DNA of 64,000 nt. Origin: Bacteroidia bacterium. GTDB taxonomy: Bacteria > Bacteroidota > Bacteroidia > UBA8524. A model generated the notes under the pieces. That model did not search any database and was not told the DNA's origin. It saw nothing but the letters and a program-made list of their open reading frames with translations. Within the stretch, counting starts at the first letter, position 1. Every line of letters begins with the position of its first letter. The stretch spans positions 1,202,074 to 1,266,073 of the forward strand of contig OZ252261.1 of the NCBI GenBank assembly GCA_965249955.1, in the 5' to 3' direction. The translations under genes and the position numbers were made by a program. Positions 42,701 to 51,677 of the stretch are shown one piece after another.

Positions 42701-43801
42701 ACAAACATGGTAACGAGATGTATCAGTAAAGAATATCGACATATTTTTAGATACTAAGCTACCGCTAATGGTAAACCAATATTTGTCGTAATCAGGTGGG
42801 GTAATTTCCCAAAGGTATGAAGTAGGGCCTGAAGTAGAGAAATCTAAAAAATCAACTATTTCATCAACTACCGGATCGTTGGCAGCTAAAGGAATATAAT
42901 TTCGACTGGCCAAAAACCTTACGGTTGGTGCTGATGTAGGATCAACAACAACAACATTTTTGGTAGTGGTAGCTGTACCTGAACAGTTGGTTGAACTAAG
43001 CCTCACTTGATAAGTACCGGCTGAAGGGAAGGTATACCCAAAATTGGTTGTTGTAGCAACAACATTGGCCAAGCCACTAACTGAGGTTGACCATTGGTGC
43101 CCAATGTAACCCTCTTTATTGGCATTAATAAACGCAGCTGGAGAACCCGTAAATACTGTATCGGGAACAAAGAAGTTTGCTGTAGCATTGGTACTATTAG
43201 CAATAGTTACCACATAATCCATTGTTTCACCATAAGTTACGTTACCACAACCTTGCGCAGCAGTAAAACTTGTATTGTACTGGCACCTTACCCTTAAGCG
43301 AGTAACGCCTGGTGTAGCAGTACACGGCACCGTAAAGGTTTTTGTGAACCATGGTGCTGATGCACCGGTTACACCAAATACAATAGCTTCGTTTGCACTA
43401 AAGTTATTGTCCATATTCCAGTCAATCCAAGCAGCAGCACCTGTGGTATATATTGTTGATGCTGTTTGCATCTCTATCGTATACGTGCCACCAGCAGCCA
43501 GCGTAGTAGTTGGCCCGGTATTCCAAAAACGATATGGGTAGGAGCCTGTTGTAGGGCTTGAATTGGTACAAGATACTGTATGATCAATGGTATTAAGCTT
43601 AATACGAAGAAAGTTAAAGCCCCAGTTATTGGCGCAGCTTCCGTTAGCTCCCATACCCGTATGTTGAACATTACAGTAGGGGGAAACATTGGTAGATTGA
43701 GCTTGGGTGCTTTGCCCTACGCCAAACAGCAGAGCTGATAGCATGAGCGTACGCCCCATAAGCTTAAGTGAGAATCTTGTTTTTGTAAAATTAATCTCCA
43801 T
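39713..43801 (-). CDS. Gene I: T9SS-secreted GEVED/PKD/CUB/GEVED/DUF5011-like Ig repeat protein
   Basis: WIDWN..GETMDY and WIDFN..GEYEDY GEVED domains; SGVVYDPGG..DYLRVYDG..GFALYW CUB domain; PVITMNG..DAGATAFD Ig repeats; IYPNP CTD. Confidence 0.9.
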   Translation of the reverse strand: MEINFTKTRFSLKLMGRTLMLSALLFGVGQSTQAQSTNVSPYCNVQHTGMGANGSCANNWGFNFLRIKLNTIDHTVSCTNSSPTTGSYPYRFWNTGPTTTLAAGGTYTIEMQTASTIYTTGAAAWIDWNMDNNFSANEAIVFGVTGASAPWFTKTFTVPCTATPGVTRLRVRCQYNTSFTAAQGCGNVTYGETMDYVVTIANSTNATANFFVPDTVFTGSPAAFINANKEGYIGHQWSTSVSGLANVVATTTNFGYTFPSAGTYQVRLSSTNCSGTATTTKNVVVVDPTSAPTVRFLASRNYIPLAANDPVVDEIVDFLDFSTSGPTSYLWEITPPDYDKYWFTISGSLVSKNMSIFFTDTSRYHVCLTASNAVGSTKLCKNDYVVIEYPTNSNKIENNICEDVRSGRDSGVVYDPGGKNDPYPNKVGICQFVIDVCDAKSIEITIPSLNYLVSFNDYLRVYDGPDNSGKLLFQNGNNTALNTTEVITAPSGKATIEFQTDGFNNGNGFALYWKAKLNNDGPIKAGIDVVDLLSNDSIYNCLATREIRFSNTTKNTRQIDDIQWIFDYDANIAYPSGFEDFPYNNDEENPTYVYTNDKKYTVRLVVKSCEGWDTAYRTFHLATTTMLPQVDFAVDESILTIGQNTTLRNKTVAWCEGTWTISPGTYTLLDGGTLTDQDINVRFDKAGRYTVKYTATNDNGTASRTRTDYVRVIDYCIPTVGTPLQSMSISRVKFDGQEVISGLGNGGYENNSTVGAVVAYIGGSYNLEVERDQNVDLADRKVWIDFNRDGTFDASEVVASDFNSTSKVLATTITIPNNSVVTPGIARMRVGIAFAGKPFTACGPIDVGEYEDYLIMMKADDVPPVITMNGADSVYIEVNTSYNDAGATAFDNREGNITSCCLVTANQVDVTQTGVYVVTYNAKDGSGIAAQPRVRFVFVLADLTAPTLTVVGNATQTHEVNTPYNDSGATAIDNPGAVNIDNLIIAANQVDVTQLGTYEVDYTVTDAYGNTSTAKRIVNVVDRTSPVINAVGGNPMTVQVNSNFADPTTVSDNYWTNVQLNVVSGQVNTSVFGQYKVTYSAVDGSGNAATQLTRVYNVTDLVPPVLTSRSGSEFIVVDVNDLSFTEPAVTGSDNYFPTVNITRTGDYDITTLGDYTITYTGTDGAGNTAVYTRVVRIIDRDKPSIISTPVNIERWSVFNPFDGVSTWDNYWAPSSFENVGTTAPFAGRVEILVSNVNMLKEGIYQVIYQAIDGSGNVSDPHLRLVNVTSNTTGIQDVTFGEAINIYPNPNSGKFEVEFGVPVHGDATITIMNIAGQAVRTFSANDVLNNKLTVDLSEVAAGVYFVQIQSNGQVANKKVTVTR

Positions 43802-44097
43802 AAATGTTAAAATTTAAATTGTTACTTGAATAAATACTAAACTTACTTACTAATATCTATATAAAAACAATCGAAAAATCACCCATTTAGAAAGATGACG
43901 CAGGGTTGACGAGATTATGACAATGGGGTTACAGCCGAAATAAGCGACTTAAAACCAGAAGCGCATGCAAAGACCTACAAACACTACATTCTTTCCTTAA
44001 ATCAGCTAAAAAAGCCTTATACAAAACTTATTGCTGAAAAAGCAGCTAAAAACCAGCAGCAACTCCTTTTTAATTATTCAAAATTCTTACACAAAAC

Positions 44098-44137
44098 AAA
44101 AAAAGGGCTAAAGCTGCATAAAGCAGCTTTAGCCCTT
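44098..44137 (-). terminator. Intrinsic terminator of gene J
   Basis: AAGGGCTAAAGCTGC-loop-GCAGCTTTAGCCCTT with A-run. Confidence 0.9.
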
Positions 44138-44164
44138 AAGATTAAGTGTAATAGTATTCTAAAA

Positions 44165-47100
44165 TTAGCGGCTAACTGTTACCCTTTTGGTAGCAACGTT
44201 GTTATCGCTTTGTACTTGTACTAGGTATACGCCTGCAGAAGCAGTAGACAAGTCTATTGCTAGTTTACCATCAACTATATCGCTATAGTTATAGGTAGCT
44301 ACCAGTTGACCTGTGATGCTTGTTACAGTGATTTTGGTATTGTTGCTTGCAGCAACACCAAGCTCTACATTAAACCTACCTGTATTTGGGTTAGGATAAA
44401 TGTTTATAGCATTAGCGAAGGCTACATCGTTAATACCTGTTGTGTTTGTAACAACATTAACGGTTCTGAATTTCAATTCAGATATGTTTCCTGAACCATC
44501 TATAGCTTGGTAAGCTATCTCGTATATACCTTCTTGAAGCATATTTACGTTTGAGCTTACTACATCTATACCGTTACCTGGGGTAAAGGTAGTAGGAGCG
44601 TAGTAGTTATCAACTACAGTTACACCTGCATAAGGATCTAATACTGTCCAACGTTGGATGTTAATTGGAGGAGCAATAATAGTAGGAGCTTTCATGTCAA
44701 CTACACGAAGTAAACGTACATAAGTTCCTGTATTACCAGCGCCATCAACACCAGTGTAAGTAATAGTATAATCACCCAATTTGGTGATATCAAAACTACC
44801 TGTGCGAGTAATTGCTACTGCAGGGAAATAATTGTCAGTTGCTGTTACAGCAGGCTCTACAAAAGCAAAGTCGTTAACATTAACCAACATAAACTCAGTA
44901 CCAGAACGTGAAGTAACTACAGGAGCAATTAAATCAGTTACAGTATAAGTACAAGTTACCGGTGCAGCTACGTTACCCGAAGCATCAACAGCAGTATAAG
45001 TTACTTTGTATGTACCAAACACTGAAGTAGAAACTGAACCTGAAACAACTTGCAATTGCACGCTATTATCATAGTTATCAGTAACAGTAGTTGGGTTGTT
45101 AAATGGAGTACCTACTTGTATAGCATAATTAACAGGAGGGCAAGTAATAACCGGTGCGGTACGGTCAACAACATTTACAGTACGTTTTGCTGTAGAAGTG
45201 TTACCATAAGCATCTGTTACAGTATATTCAACCTCGTAAGTTCCCAATGTAGTTTCATCAACACCGTTGGCAGTTACTATAAGGTTGCTAATATTGTTAG
45301 CACCAGGATCGTCCATAGCAGTTGCACCGGCATCTACATAAGGAGTATTTACTTCGTGTGTTTCAACTACATTACCTACAACAGAAATAACCGGTTTAGT
45401 AAAGTCAGCAACAACAAATACAAAACGTATACGTTGTGTAGCAGCTAAACCTGATTCATCAAGTACGTTGTAAGTAACAACATAAACACCTGTTTGGGTT
45501 GAATCAACTTGGTTATCAACTTTAATTTTATGGGTAATATTACCTTCACGATTATCAAAAGCAGTAGCACCTGCATCTTTATATGATGAACCTAGCTCTA
45601 TAAACACGCTATCAGTACCCAACACAGTAATTACCGGAGGCATATCATCACGTTTAAGCATTACACGGTAATCTTCGTATTCGCCAACATTTGTTGGGCC
45701 ACAAGGAGTAAGGCTAGTACCGCTTAATCCAAGAGCTACACGCATACGAGTAGGGCCTGCTATAAAATCTTTATAGTTAGGTATAGTAATAGAAGCAGTA
45801 AGCGTTTTAGTTGTTGCATTAGCATCGCTAGCTACAAGTTCACTTGCTGAGAAAACACCATCACGGTTGTAGTCAATCCATACCTTACGGTCGGCTTGGT
45901 CAAACACATCGTTACGATCAACCTCAATAGTATAAGTGGCACCTGCATATAAGTCAGTAGAAAGTATAGAAGAGAAGTCTTCGTAACCATCTTTACCTGT
46001 TGCTGATACTTTTTCTATTGTGTTTAGTTTTACACGAGTGATTGAGGCACTAGACAATGAAAGATTTACTGAAGGAACGCAATACTCTATTACACTAATA
46101 TAATCTGTTTTAGTACGAGAGCTTGAACCATTATCGTTGGTAGAAGCATAGGTAATAGTGTAGCGTGCTGCTTTGTTAAATTGTATTTCTACATCTTGAT
46201 CGGTTAAACTACCGTTCTTAACAGTATAGGTAGAAGGATTAATACTCCATGTACCTGAACACCAACCAATAGTTTTATCGCGCAACCAAGTGCTTTCTCC
46301 TACATTTAATATAGTAGCATCAGCTACAAAATCAATTTTAGGAACTGAACTACCAGTACCTATATATAGTGTACGGTAAGCAGTATCCCAACCTTCACAA
46401 GAACGAACAACTAAACGTATAGTATATTTATTATCAGCAGAATATACATAAGTAGGGTTTTCTTCGTCACCATTGTATGGCATATCTTCAAAGCCTGCAG
46501 GATAAGCAATTAAAGGATCGTAATCAAAAATCCATTGTACAGCTGTAGGCTCGTTATAATCAATAACACGAGTGTTTGTAGTAGCATTTGCAAAACGAAC
46601 TTCGCGACCGCTTGCACAGTTGTATATTGAGTCGTTAGTTAATTTATCAAGTATATCAATACCTGCTTTTATTGGCCCGTCATTACGTAACTTAGCTTTC
46701 CAAGTAACTGCAAAACCATCACCGGCATCCCAAGCATCTCTTTGGAATTCAATGGTAGCTTTACCGCTTTTAGCTATTATAGTTTGTGTTTTTGTAAGCG
46801 GTGTATTGTTACCGTTTTGGAACAACAATTTACCTGAAATATCGGCACCATCGTATACCCTTAGGTAATCACCCCAGTTTACAAAGTATCCGGTTGAAGG
46901 AATAGTAATCTCTATCTCATCAGCATCGCAAAGGTCGATAACAAACTGACAAGTACCGGTAGTGCTTGAATATGGATCATCTTTTCCTCCCGGATCATAA
47001 ACAACACCTGAATCTAAAGTACTTTTAGCATCATCACAAATAATGTTTTCGTATTTGCTAGGATTGTTAGGGTACTGAATTATCAAATAATCAGGTTTAC

Positions 47101-48247
47101 AAAGTTTGGTCGATCCAATAGCATTGCTTGCAGTCATACAAACCTCGTGGTTAGCAGTATCAGAAAACAATACAGTTACATTTTTATCATTAAACGAACC
47201 TATAATAGGGAAGAAAAATGCGCCAGGATTAGTAGCGGTAATCTCCCATAAGTAGTTAGTAGGGCCTGAAGAAGAAAAATCGTAATAGTCAACAAATTCT
47301 GATACAAAACCAGCATTTGGAGAAACAAGAATATTGTTACGGCTTCCTACAAAACGTACAGTAGGAGCAGTTGTTGGGTCTACAACTACAATGTTTTTAG
47401 TAGTAGTAGCCGAACCTATACAGTTGGCAGATGTAAGCCTAACTTGGTAAGTACCGGCCGATGGGAAAGCAAACAAAAAGTTAGTGTTTGTTCCTACAAT
47501 GGTAGGAAGACCTGCTACTGAAGTAGACCATTCGTGACTGATATAACCGCTTTTGTTTGCGTTTACAAAAGTGGCTGGAGAATTAGTAAATACAGTATCA
47601 GGAATAAAGAAGTTAGCTACAGGGTTTGATGGCGCATCAATAGTAATGTCGTAATCAAAAGTTTCACCCCAGTCAGCACTATTACAAGCTGTACCTGCGT
47701 TAACCGTGAAGTTTGGAGTTACTCTCAACCTCATCCTAGTTAAACCGGTTTTAGCACCACAAGGAACAGTAATACTTCTAGTATAATTCCAAGTAGTATT
47801 AAAAGGAATGTTTTGATTTGTAATTATTTGCTCATTAGCATCATTAAAATCCAAATCGCCATTCCAATCAACAAAAGCACCAAACTGGTTAGTAGTAATA
47901 GTACTTGGTGATGTGGTAATAGAAATATCGTACGAAGACCCTTTAACTACACTAGTGGTGTACTGAGGGAAGCTAGCTTTATCCCAGTAGCTATATCCAC
48001 TGCTACGGTTTGCGCTTGGGCAAGCAGGACCACTAAAGTTCAGCTTATTAAATTCAACCTTTTCAAATGCAGCTGCCCAGCCGTCACAAGTAGAATTAAA
48101 GCTAAAAAAGGTATTCCCACAATAGGGGGCGGGATTTGTAGATTGGCCACTGGCCGTAAATTGCCCTGCCAGCAGAATCGCTAACAGCAGCAGCGTTTGT
48201 CGCAATCTAACGACAATCCAAGATGGTTTAGTAAAAACCTTTTCCAT
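44165..48247 (-). CDS. Gene J: T9SS-secreted GEVED/PKD/CUB/GEVED/DUF5011-like Ig repeat protein
   Basis: Same architecture as H and I; signal peptide; CTD ending KRVTVSR. Confidence 0.9.
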   Translation of the reverse strand: MEKVFTKPSWIVVRLRQTLLLLAILLAGQFTASGQSTNPAPYCGNTFFSFNSTCDGWAAAFEKVEFNKLNFSGPACPSANRSSGYSYWDKASFPQYTTSVVKGSSYDISITTSPSTITTNQFGAFVDWNGDLDFNDANEQIITNQNIPFNTTWNYTRSITVPCGAKTGLTRMRLRVTPNFTVNAGTACNSADWGETFDYDITIDAPSNPVANFFIPDTVFTNSPATFVNANKSGYISHEWSTSVAGLPTIVGTNTNFLFAFPSAGTYQVRLTSANCIGSATTTKNIVVVDPTTAPTVRFVGSRNNILVSPNAGFVSEFVDYYDFSSSGPTNYLWEITATNPGAFFFPIIGSFNDKNVTVLFSDTANHEVCMTASNAIGSTKLCKPDYLIIQYPNNPSKYENIICDDAKSTLDSGVVYDPGGKDDPYSSTTGTCQFVIDLCDADEIEITIPSTGYFVNWGDYLRVYDGADISGKLLFQNGNNTPLTKTQTIIAKSGKATIEFQRDAWDAGDGFAVTWKAKLRNDGPIKAGIDILDKLTNDSIYNCASGREVRFANATTNTRVIDYNEPTAVQWIFDYDPLIAYPAGFEDMPYNGDEENPTYVYSADNKYTIRLVVRSCEGWDTAYRTLYIGTGSSVPKIDFVADATILNVGESTWLRDKTIGWCSGTWSINPSTYTVKNGSLTDQDVEIQFNKAARYTITYASTNDNGSSSRTKTDYISVIEYCVPSVNLSLSSASITRVKLNTIEKVSATGKDGYEDFSSILSTDLYAGATYTIEVDRNDVFDQADRKVWIDYNRDGVFSASELVASDANATTKTLTASITIPNYKDFIAGPTRMRVALGLSGTSLTPCGPTNVGEYEDYRVMLKRDDMPPVITVLGTDSVFIELGSSYKDAGATAFDNREGNITHKIKVDNQVDSTQTGVYVVTYNVLDESGLAATQRIRFVFVVADFTKPVISVVGNVVETHEVNTPYVDAGATAMDDPGANNISNLIVTANGVDETTLGTYEVEYTVTDAYGNTSTAKRTVNVVDRTAPVITCPPVNYAIQVGTPFNNPTTVTDNYDNSVQLQVVSGSVSTSVFGTYKVTYTAVDASGNVAAPVTCTYTVTDLIAPVVTSRSGTEFMLVNVNDFAFVEPAVTATDNYFPAVAITRTGSFDITKLGDYTITYTGVDGAGNTGTYVRLLRVVDMKAPTIIAPPINIQRWTVLDPYAGVTVVDNYYAPTTFTPGNGIDVVSSNVNMLQEGIYEIAYQAIDGSGNISELKFRTVNVVTNTTGINDVAFANAINIYPNPNTGRFNVELGVAASNNTKITVTSITGQLVATYNYSDIVDGKLAIDLSTASAGVYLVQVQSDNNVATKRVTVSR

Positions 48248-48585
48248 TTTTTAAAAATTAAGTTTAAGTAAAATAAAACAAGTAAGTTCTGCAACGCTAG
48301 TAATCTACATTTTCACGAATTAGTTTAATAGTGTTGCAAAACAAATATCAACAAATGTTAGCATGAAAAAAACAATTTAGTAGTATTAATAAGGCTTTTG
48401 ACAAAAGACAGACAATGGCCTCAACAACCAAAAGTTGTGAGCAAAAAAAAACAACACTGATAATCAGCATTTTGCTTACAACTTATTTTATTTTAGTATA
48501 AAATGACAAAAAAAATTCTTTTAAGAGAAGAAAATAATGCAACAAAAAAGTAAATCACACAAAACACACTGTTAACATCAGCATA

Positions 48586-49020
48586 TTAAAGTGGGTGTAG
48601 CTTTAGAAAAGCTCCCTTATAGTTTATCTCAGCATTCAATAGTTTTAAAATATCACCCCCAATAATTCCCTCAAAAGGCAATAAACCCATAGCTTTATAG
48701 GTAGCTACCACGTGGCCTAAATCAATAAGCCCACAATGCAAATTGTGTACTTTTGCTTTGCCCAACTGTATCAGCTCCAACTTTGCCATTTGCGCTTCTA
48801 CATTCCCCTCTCCTATTCCCGCTGCCATATTATCTTCAAGCTCTAAAACTTCAATTTGCGGATAGCGATGCTTTAAATTGTTTGAAAAAACTGTTTTTGA
48901 TGCACCTGTATCTATCAGCACGAAGTGATTATCGCCAAAAATTTTAATTTCAGTAAAAATATGACAACCATCGCCCTCAAGCTGTTGAAATGTGATAGGT
49001 ATTTTAATTGCGCGTTTCAA
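48586..49020 (-). CDS. Retropepsin-like (clan AA) aspartic protease
   Basis: LIDTGAS active-site motif and GIIGGD motif. Confidence 0.85.
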   Translation of the reverse strand: MKRAIKIPITFQQLEGDGCHIFTEIKIFGDNHFVLIDTGASKTVFSNNLKHRYPQIEVLELEDNMAAGIGEGNVEAQMAKLELIQLGKAKVHNLHCGLIDLGHVVATYKAMGLLPFEGIIGGDILKLLNAEINYKGAFLKLHPL

Positions 49021-49164
49021 AATATGCTTGCTATATTGTTATTGTGCTACATTGCAAACATAGCACCACTATTTGCACTATGCCAAAAACTGCCAACTAG
49101 GCAACACATTCTTTTGTATTATTATTGAAAGTGTAAAGTGCTAAAAACAGCCGTTTACAAACTA

Positions 49165-50016
49165 ATGATACTTGACCACAAGCGTTTTGACCTATTTGAG
49201 AAGATGATTTTTGAAAAAGTGGCTTTAAAAGCGCCCTTTATCACGCCTGCAATTATGCCCAATGAGGCTTGTTTTTTATACGTGCTGCAAGGCGAACAAA
49301 TATCACACTCAGCAACTGAAAAAATACCTTTACATACTAAAGATGCAATACTAATGAAATGCGGAACGTATATGGGCGAGTGGCTGATATCATCAAACTA
49401 CCAACAGTGCGAGGCCATAGCTGTGCACTTGTATCCCGACGTTTTGAAAAAGATATACGAAAACGATATACCCGATTTTATAAAGCAATATAAAAAAGGC
49501 ACCAACGCCATATCAGCACACAAGATAGTGGGAGATAAGTTGGTAGATAATTTTATAAAGAGCTTGGAGTTTTATTTTGAAAACCCGCAGTTGGTAGATG
49601 ATGAGTTGATAAAACTAAAGCTAAAAGAGTTGATTTTGCTGCTTACCAAAACAGAAAAGGCTCAATCGGTAATGCTACTTATATCTGATTTATTTTCGCC
49701 CAAAGAAGTCAGCTTTAAACAGGTAATTGATACACATATATATAGTAGCCTTAGTGTTGAAGAGTTGGCAGCACTTTGCAACCTTAGCTTATCGTCATTC
49801 AAACGCGAGTTTGCCAAGGTATTTAACGATAGCCCTGCACAGTATCTTAAAAACAAAAAAATAGAACGTGGTGCTGAGTTGCTTTTGTTATCAGACCAAA
49901 GAATTAGCGAAATAGCCTACCATTGCGGCTTTGCCGATGTATCGCACTTCTCAAAATCGTTTCACGAAAAATACGGGGTTTCGCCTACACAATACCGTTT
50001 GAACCAAACCGACTAA
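49165..50016 (+). CDS. AraC-family transcriptional regulator
   Basis: C-terminal double HTH (LSLSSFKREF...IAYHCGFADVSHFSKSF..KYGVSP). Start is ATG 49165 or GTG 49138. Confidence 0.9.
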   Translation: MILDHKRFDLFEKMIFEKVALKAPFITPAIMPNEACFLYVLQGEQISHSATEKIPLHTKDAILMKCGTYMGEWLISSNYQQCEAIAVHLYPDVLKKIYENDIPDFIKQYKKGTNAISAHKIVGDKLVDNFIKSLEFYFENPQLVDDELIKLKLKELILLLTKTEKAQSVMLLISDLFSPKEVSFKQVIDTHIYSSLSVEELAALCNLSLSSFKREFAKVFNDSPAQYLKNKKIERGAELLLLSDQRISEIAYHCGFADVSHFSKSFHEKYGVSPTQYRLNQTD

Positions 50017-50096
50017 TAGTTGGACTGTACAGAAAAAGTTTAGACCCCGCATTCAATCATCTTTGCATTAACAATATTATTAACCGTTGATACAAA

Positions 50097-50615
50097 ATGA
50101 AAAATGCAAAAACTATTAGCACAGCAATAGAAATTAATGCTTCAAAAGAGATGGTATGGGAAACGCTTTACACTCGCTTTGGCGAAAACTATTTATTTAA
50201 CCCCAACCTCACAGGCTCGCACTTTACCAAAGGAAATGCAGGCGAGGTAGGCTGCGAACGCGAGTGCCAAATTGACTCTAAAACAAACATACGCGAACGT
50301 ATAACTAATGCCATAGAACTGAAGCAATTTACCCTTGAGGTAATAGGTGGCAATATGCCTATGGTAAAAGAGGTGCAGGTAGATATAAAACTTAGCCCTT
50401 TGGCAGCAAACAAAACCAAAGTGTTGTTAGACGCCAGCTTTACCACATCTCCCGCTTTTATGGCCGCTTTGATGAAGATGCCCTTCAAAAAAATGTTTGT
50501 TAACTTATTAATTGGGCTTAAATACTATTTAGAAACGGGCAAACCTGTAAGTAAAAACACTTTTAAACCTGTAGCAAAGGCCTACAAACAATTGCAACCT
50601 TCTCAATCGTTTTAA
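50097..50615 (+). CDS. SRPBCC (polyketide cyclase-like) family protein
   Basis: IEINASKEMVW, GCERECQ, LKYYLETG; follows the AraC gene. Confidence 0.8.
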   Translation: MKNAKTISTAIEINASKEMVWETLYTRFGENYLFNPNLTGSHFTKGNAGEVGCERECQIDSKTNIRERITNAIELKQFTLEVIGGNMPMVKEVQVDIKLSPLAANKTKVLLDASFTTSPAFMAALMKMPFKKMFVNLLIGLKYYLETGKPVSKNTFKPVAKAYKQLQPSQSF

Positions 50616-50634
50616 AAAAAGCTCTTAAAAGTCT

Positions 50635-50667
50635 AAAGCCCGCCTTCGTAAACGAAGGCAGGCTTTT
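50635..50667. terminator. Bidirectional terminator between SRPBCC and mdh
   Basis: AAAGCCcGCCTTCGT-a-ACGAAGGCaGGCTTTT between convergent genes. Confidence 0.8.
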
Positions 50668-50690
50668 AAGGTTATACTATATTATATAGA

Positions 50691-51632
50691 CTACAATGCG
50701 CCTATTTCTTTCAATACATTGTTCATATTACGTACAGCAGCAGCACTGGCTTCAAACTTAGCTTGCTCATCAGCAGTTAGTTTGTAATCAACAATGCTTT
50801 CCCATCCGTTACGTCCAACAACAGTTGGCACACCTATACAAATATCGCTTTGGCCATATTCACCCTCAAGGTAAACACAGTTAGGAAGAATACGTTTTTG
50901 GTCGCGAACAATAGCTTCTACCAACAAAGCAGCAGCAGCACCCGGCGCATACCAAGCAGAAGTACCCAACAGTTTAGTAAGTGTAGCTCCACCTACCATA
51001 GTATCGGCAGCTATTTTTTCTAATTGTTCTGCACTTAAATACTCAGATACAGGACGACCGTTGTACGATGCCAAACGAGTAAGAGGAATCATAGTGGTAT
51101 CACCATGACCGCCTATTACTGTGGCTTGAATATCGGCAGTAGTAGCTTCAAGTCCAAGACCTAAGTAACCTTTAAAACGAGCACTATCTAATATACCACC
51201 CATACCTATAACACGGTTTTTAGGCAAACCTGTTGCTTTAAGCGCCAAATAAGTCATAGTATCCATTGGGTTTGACACTATAATTATTATTGCATTGGGA
51301 GAGTGTTTCAGTACGTTTTCTGATACCGATTTTACTATATTAGCGTTAGTGCCGATAAGCTCTTCGCGGGTCATACCCGGTTTACGAGGCAAACCTGAAG
51401 TAATAACCACCACATCAGAATTTGCAGTTTTACTGTAATCGTTAGTAGTACCACTAATGCGGGTTTTCATACCCAATAGTGATGTAGTTTGGTAAATATC
51501 AAGTGCTTTACCTTCGGCAAAACCTTCTTTTACGTCTAATAATACTACCTCATCGGCCAATTGTCGGTAGGCAATAACGTCGGCTGCGGTTGCTCCCACT
51601 GCCCCTGCTCCTATTACTGATACTTTTGTCAT
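50691..51632 (-). CDS. mdh: Malate dehydrogenase (LDH-like type)
   Basis: GAGAVG Rossmann motif, PRKPGMTREEL, VSNPMD, LDSARF, GGHGD. Confidence 0.93.
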   Translation of the reverse strand: MTKVSVIGAGAVGATAADVIAYRQLADEVVLLDVKEGFAEGKALDIYQTTSLLGMKTRISGTTNDYSKTANSDVVVITSGLPRKPGMTREELIGTNANIVKSVSENVLKHSPNAIIIIVSNPMDTMTYLALKATGLPKNRVIGMGGILDSARFKGYLGLGLEATTADIQATVIGGHGDTTMIPLTRLASYNGRPVSEYLSAEQLEKIAADTMVGGATLTKLLGTSAWYAPGAAAALLVEAIVRDQKRILPNCVYLEGEYGQSDICIGVPTVVGRNGWESIVDYKLTADEQAKFEASAAAVRNMNNVLKEIGAL

Positions 51633-51641
51633 TCTGCGTTA

Positions 51642-51677
51642 AAGTTTTATGTTTTTAGTTTTATGTTTTCAGTTATT
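51642..51677. repeat. Heptamer array, left arm of an imperfect inverted repeat around the four-helix-bundle gene
   Basis: aaagttt-tatgttt-ttagttt-tatgttt-tcagtta; 28/36 match to the reverse complement of 52079-52114. Confidence 0.7.
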
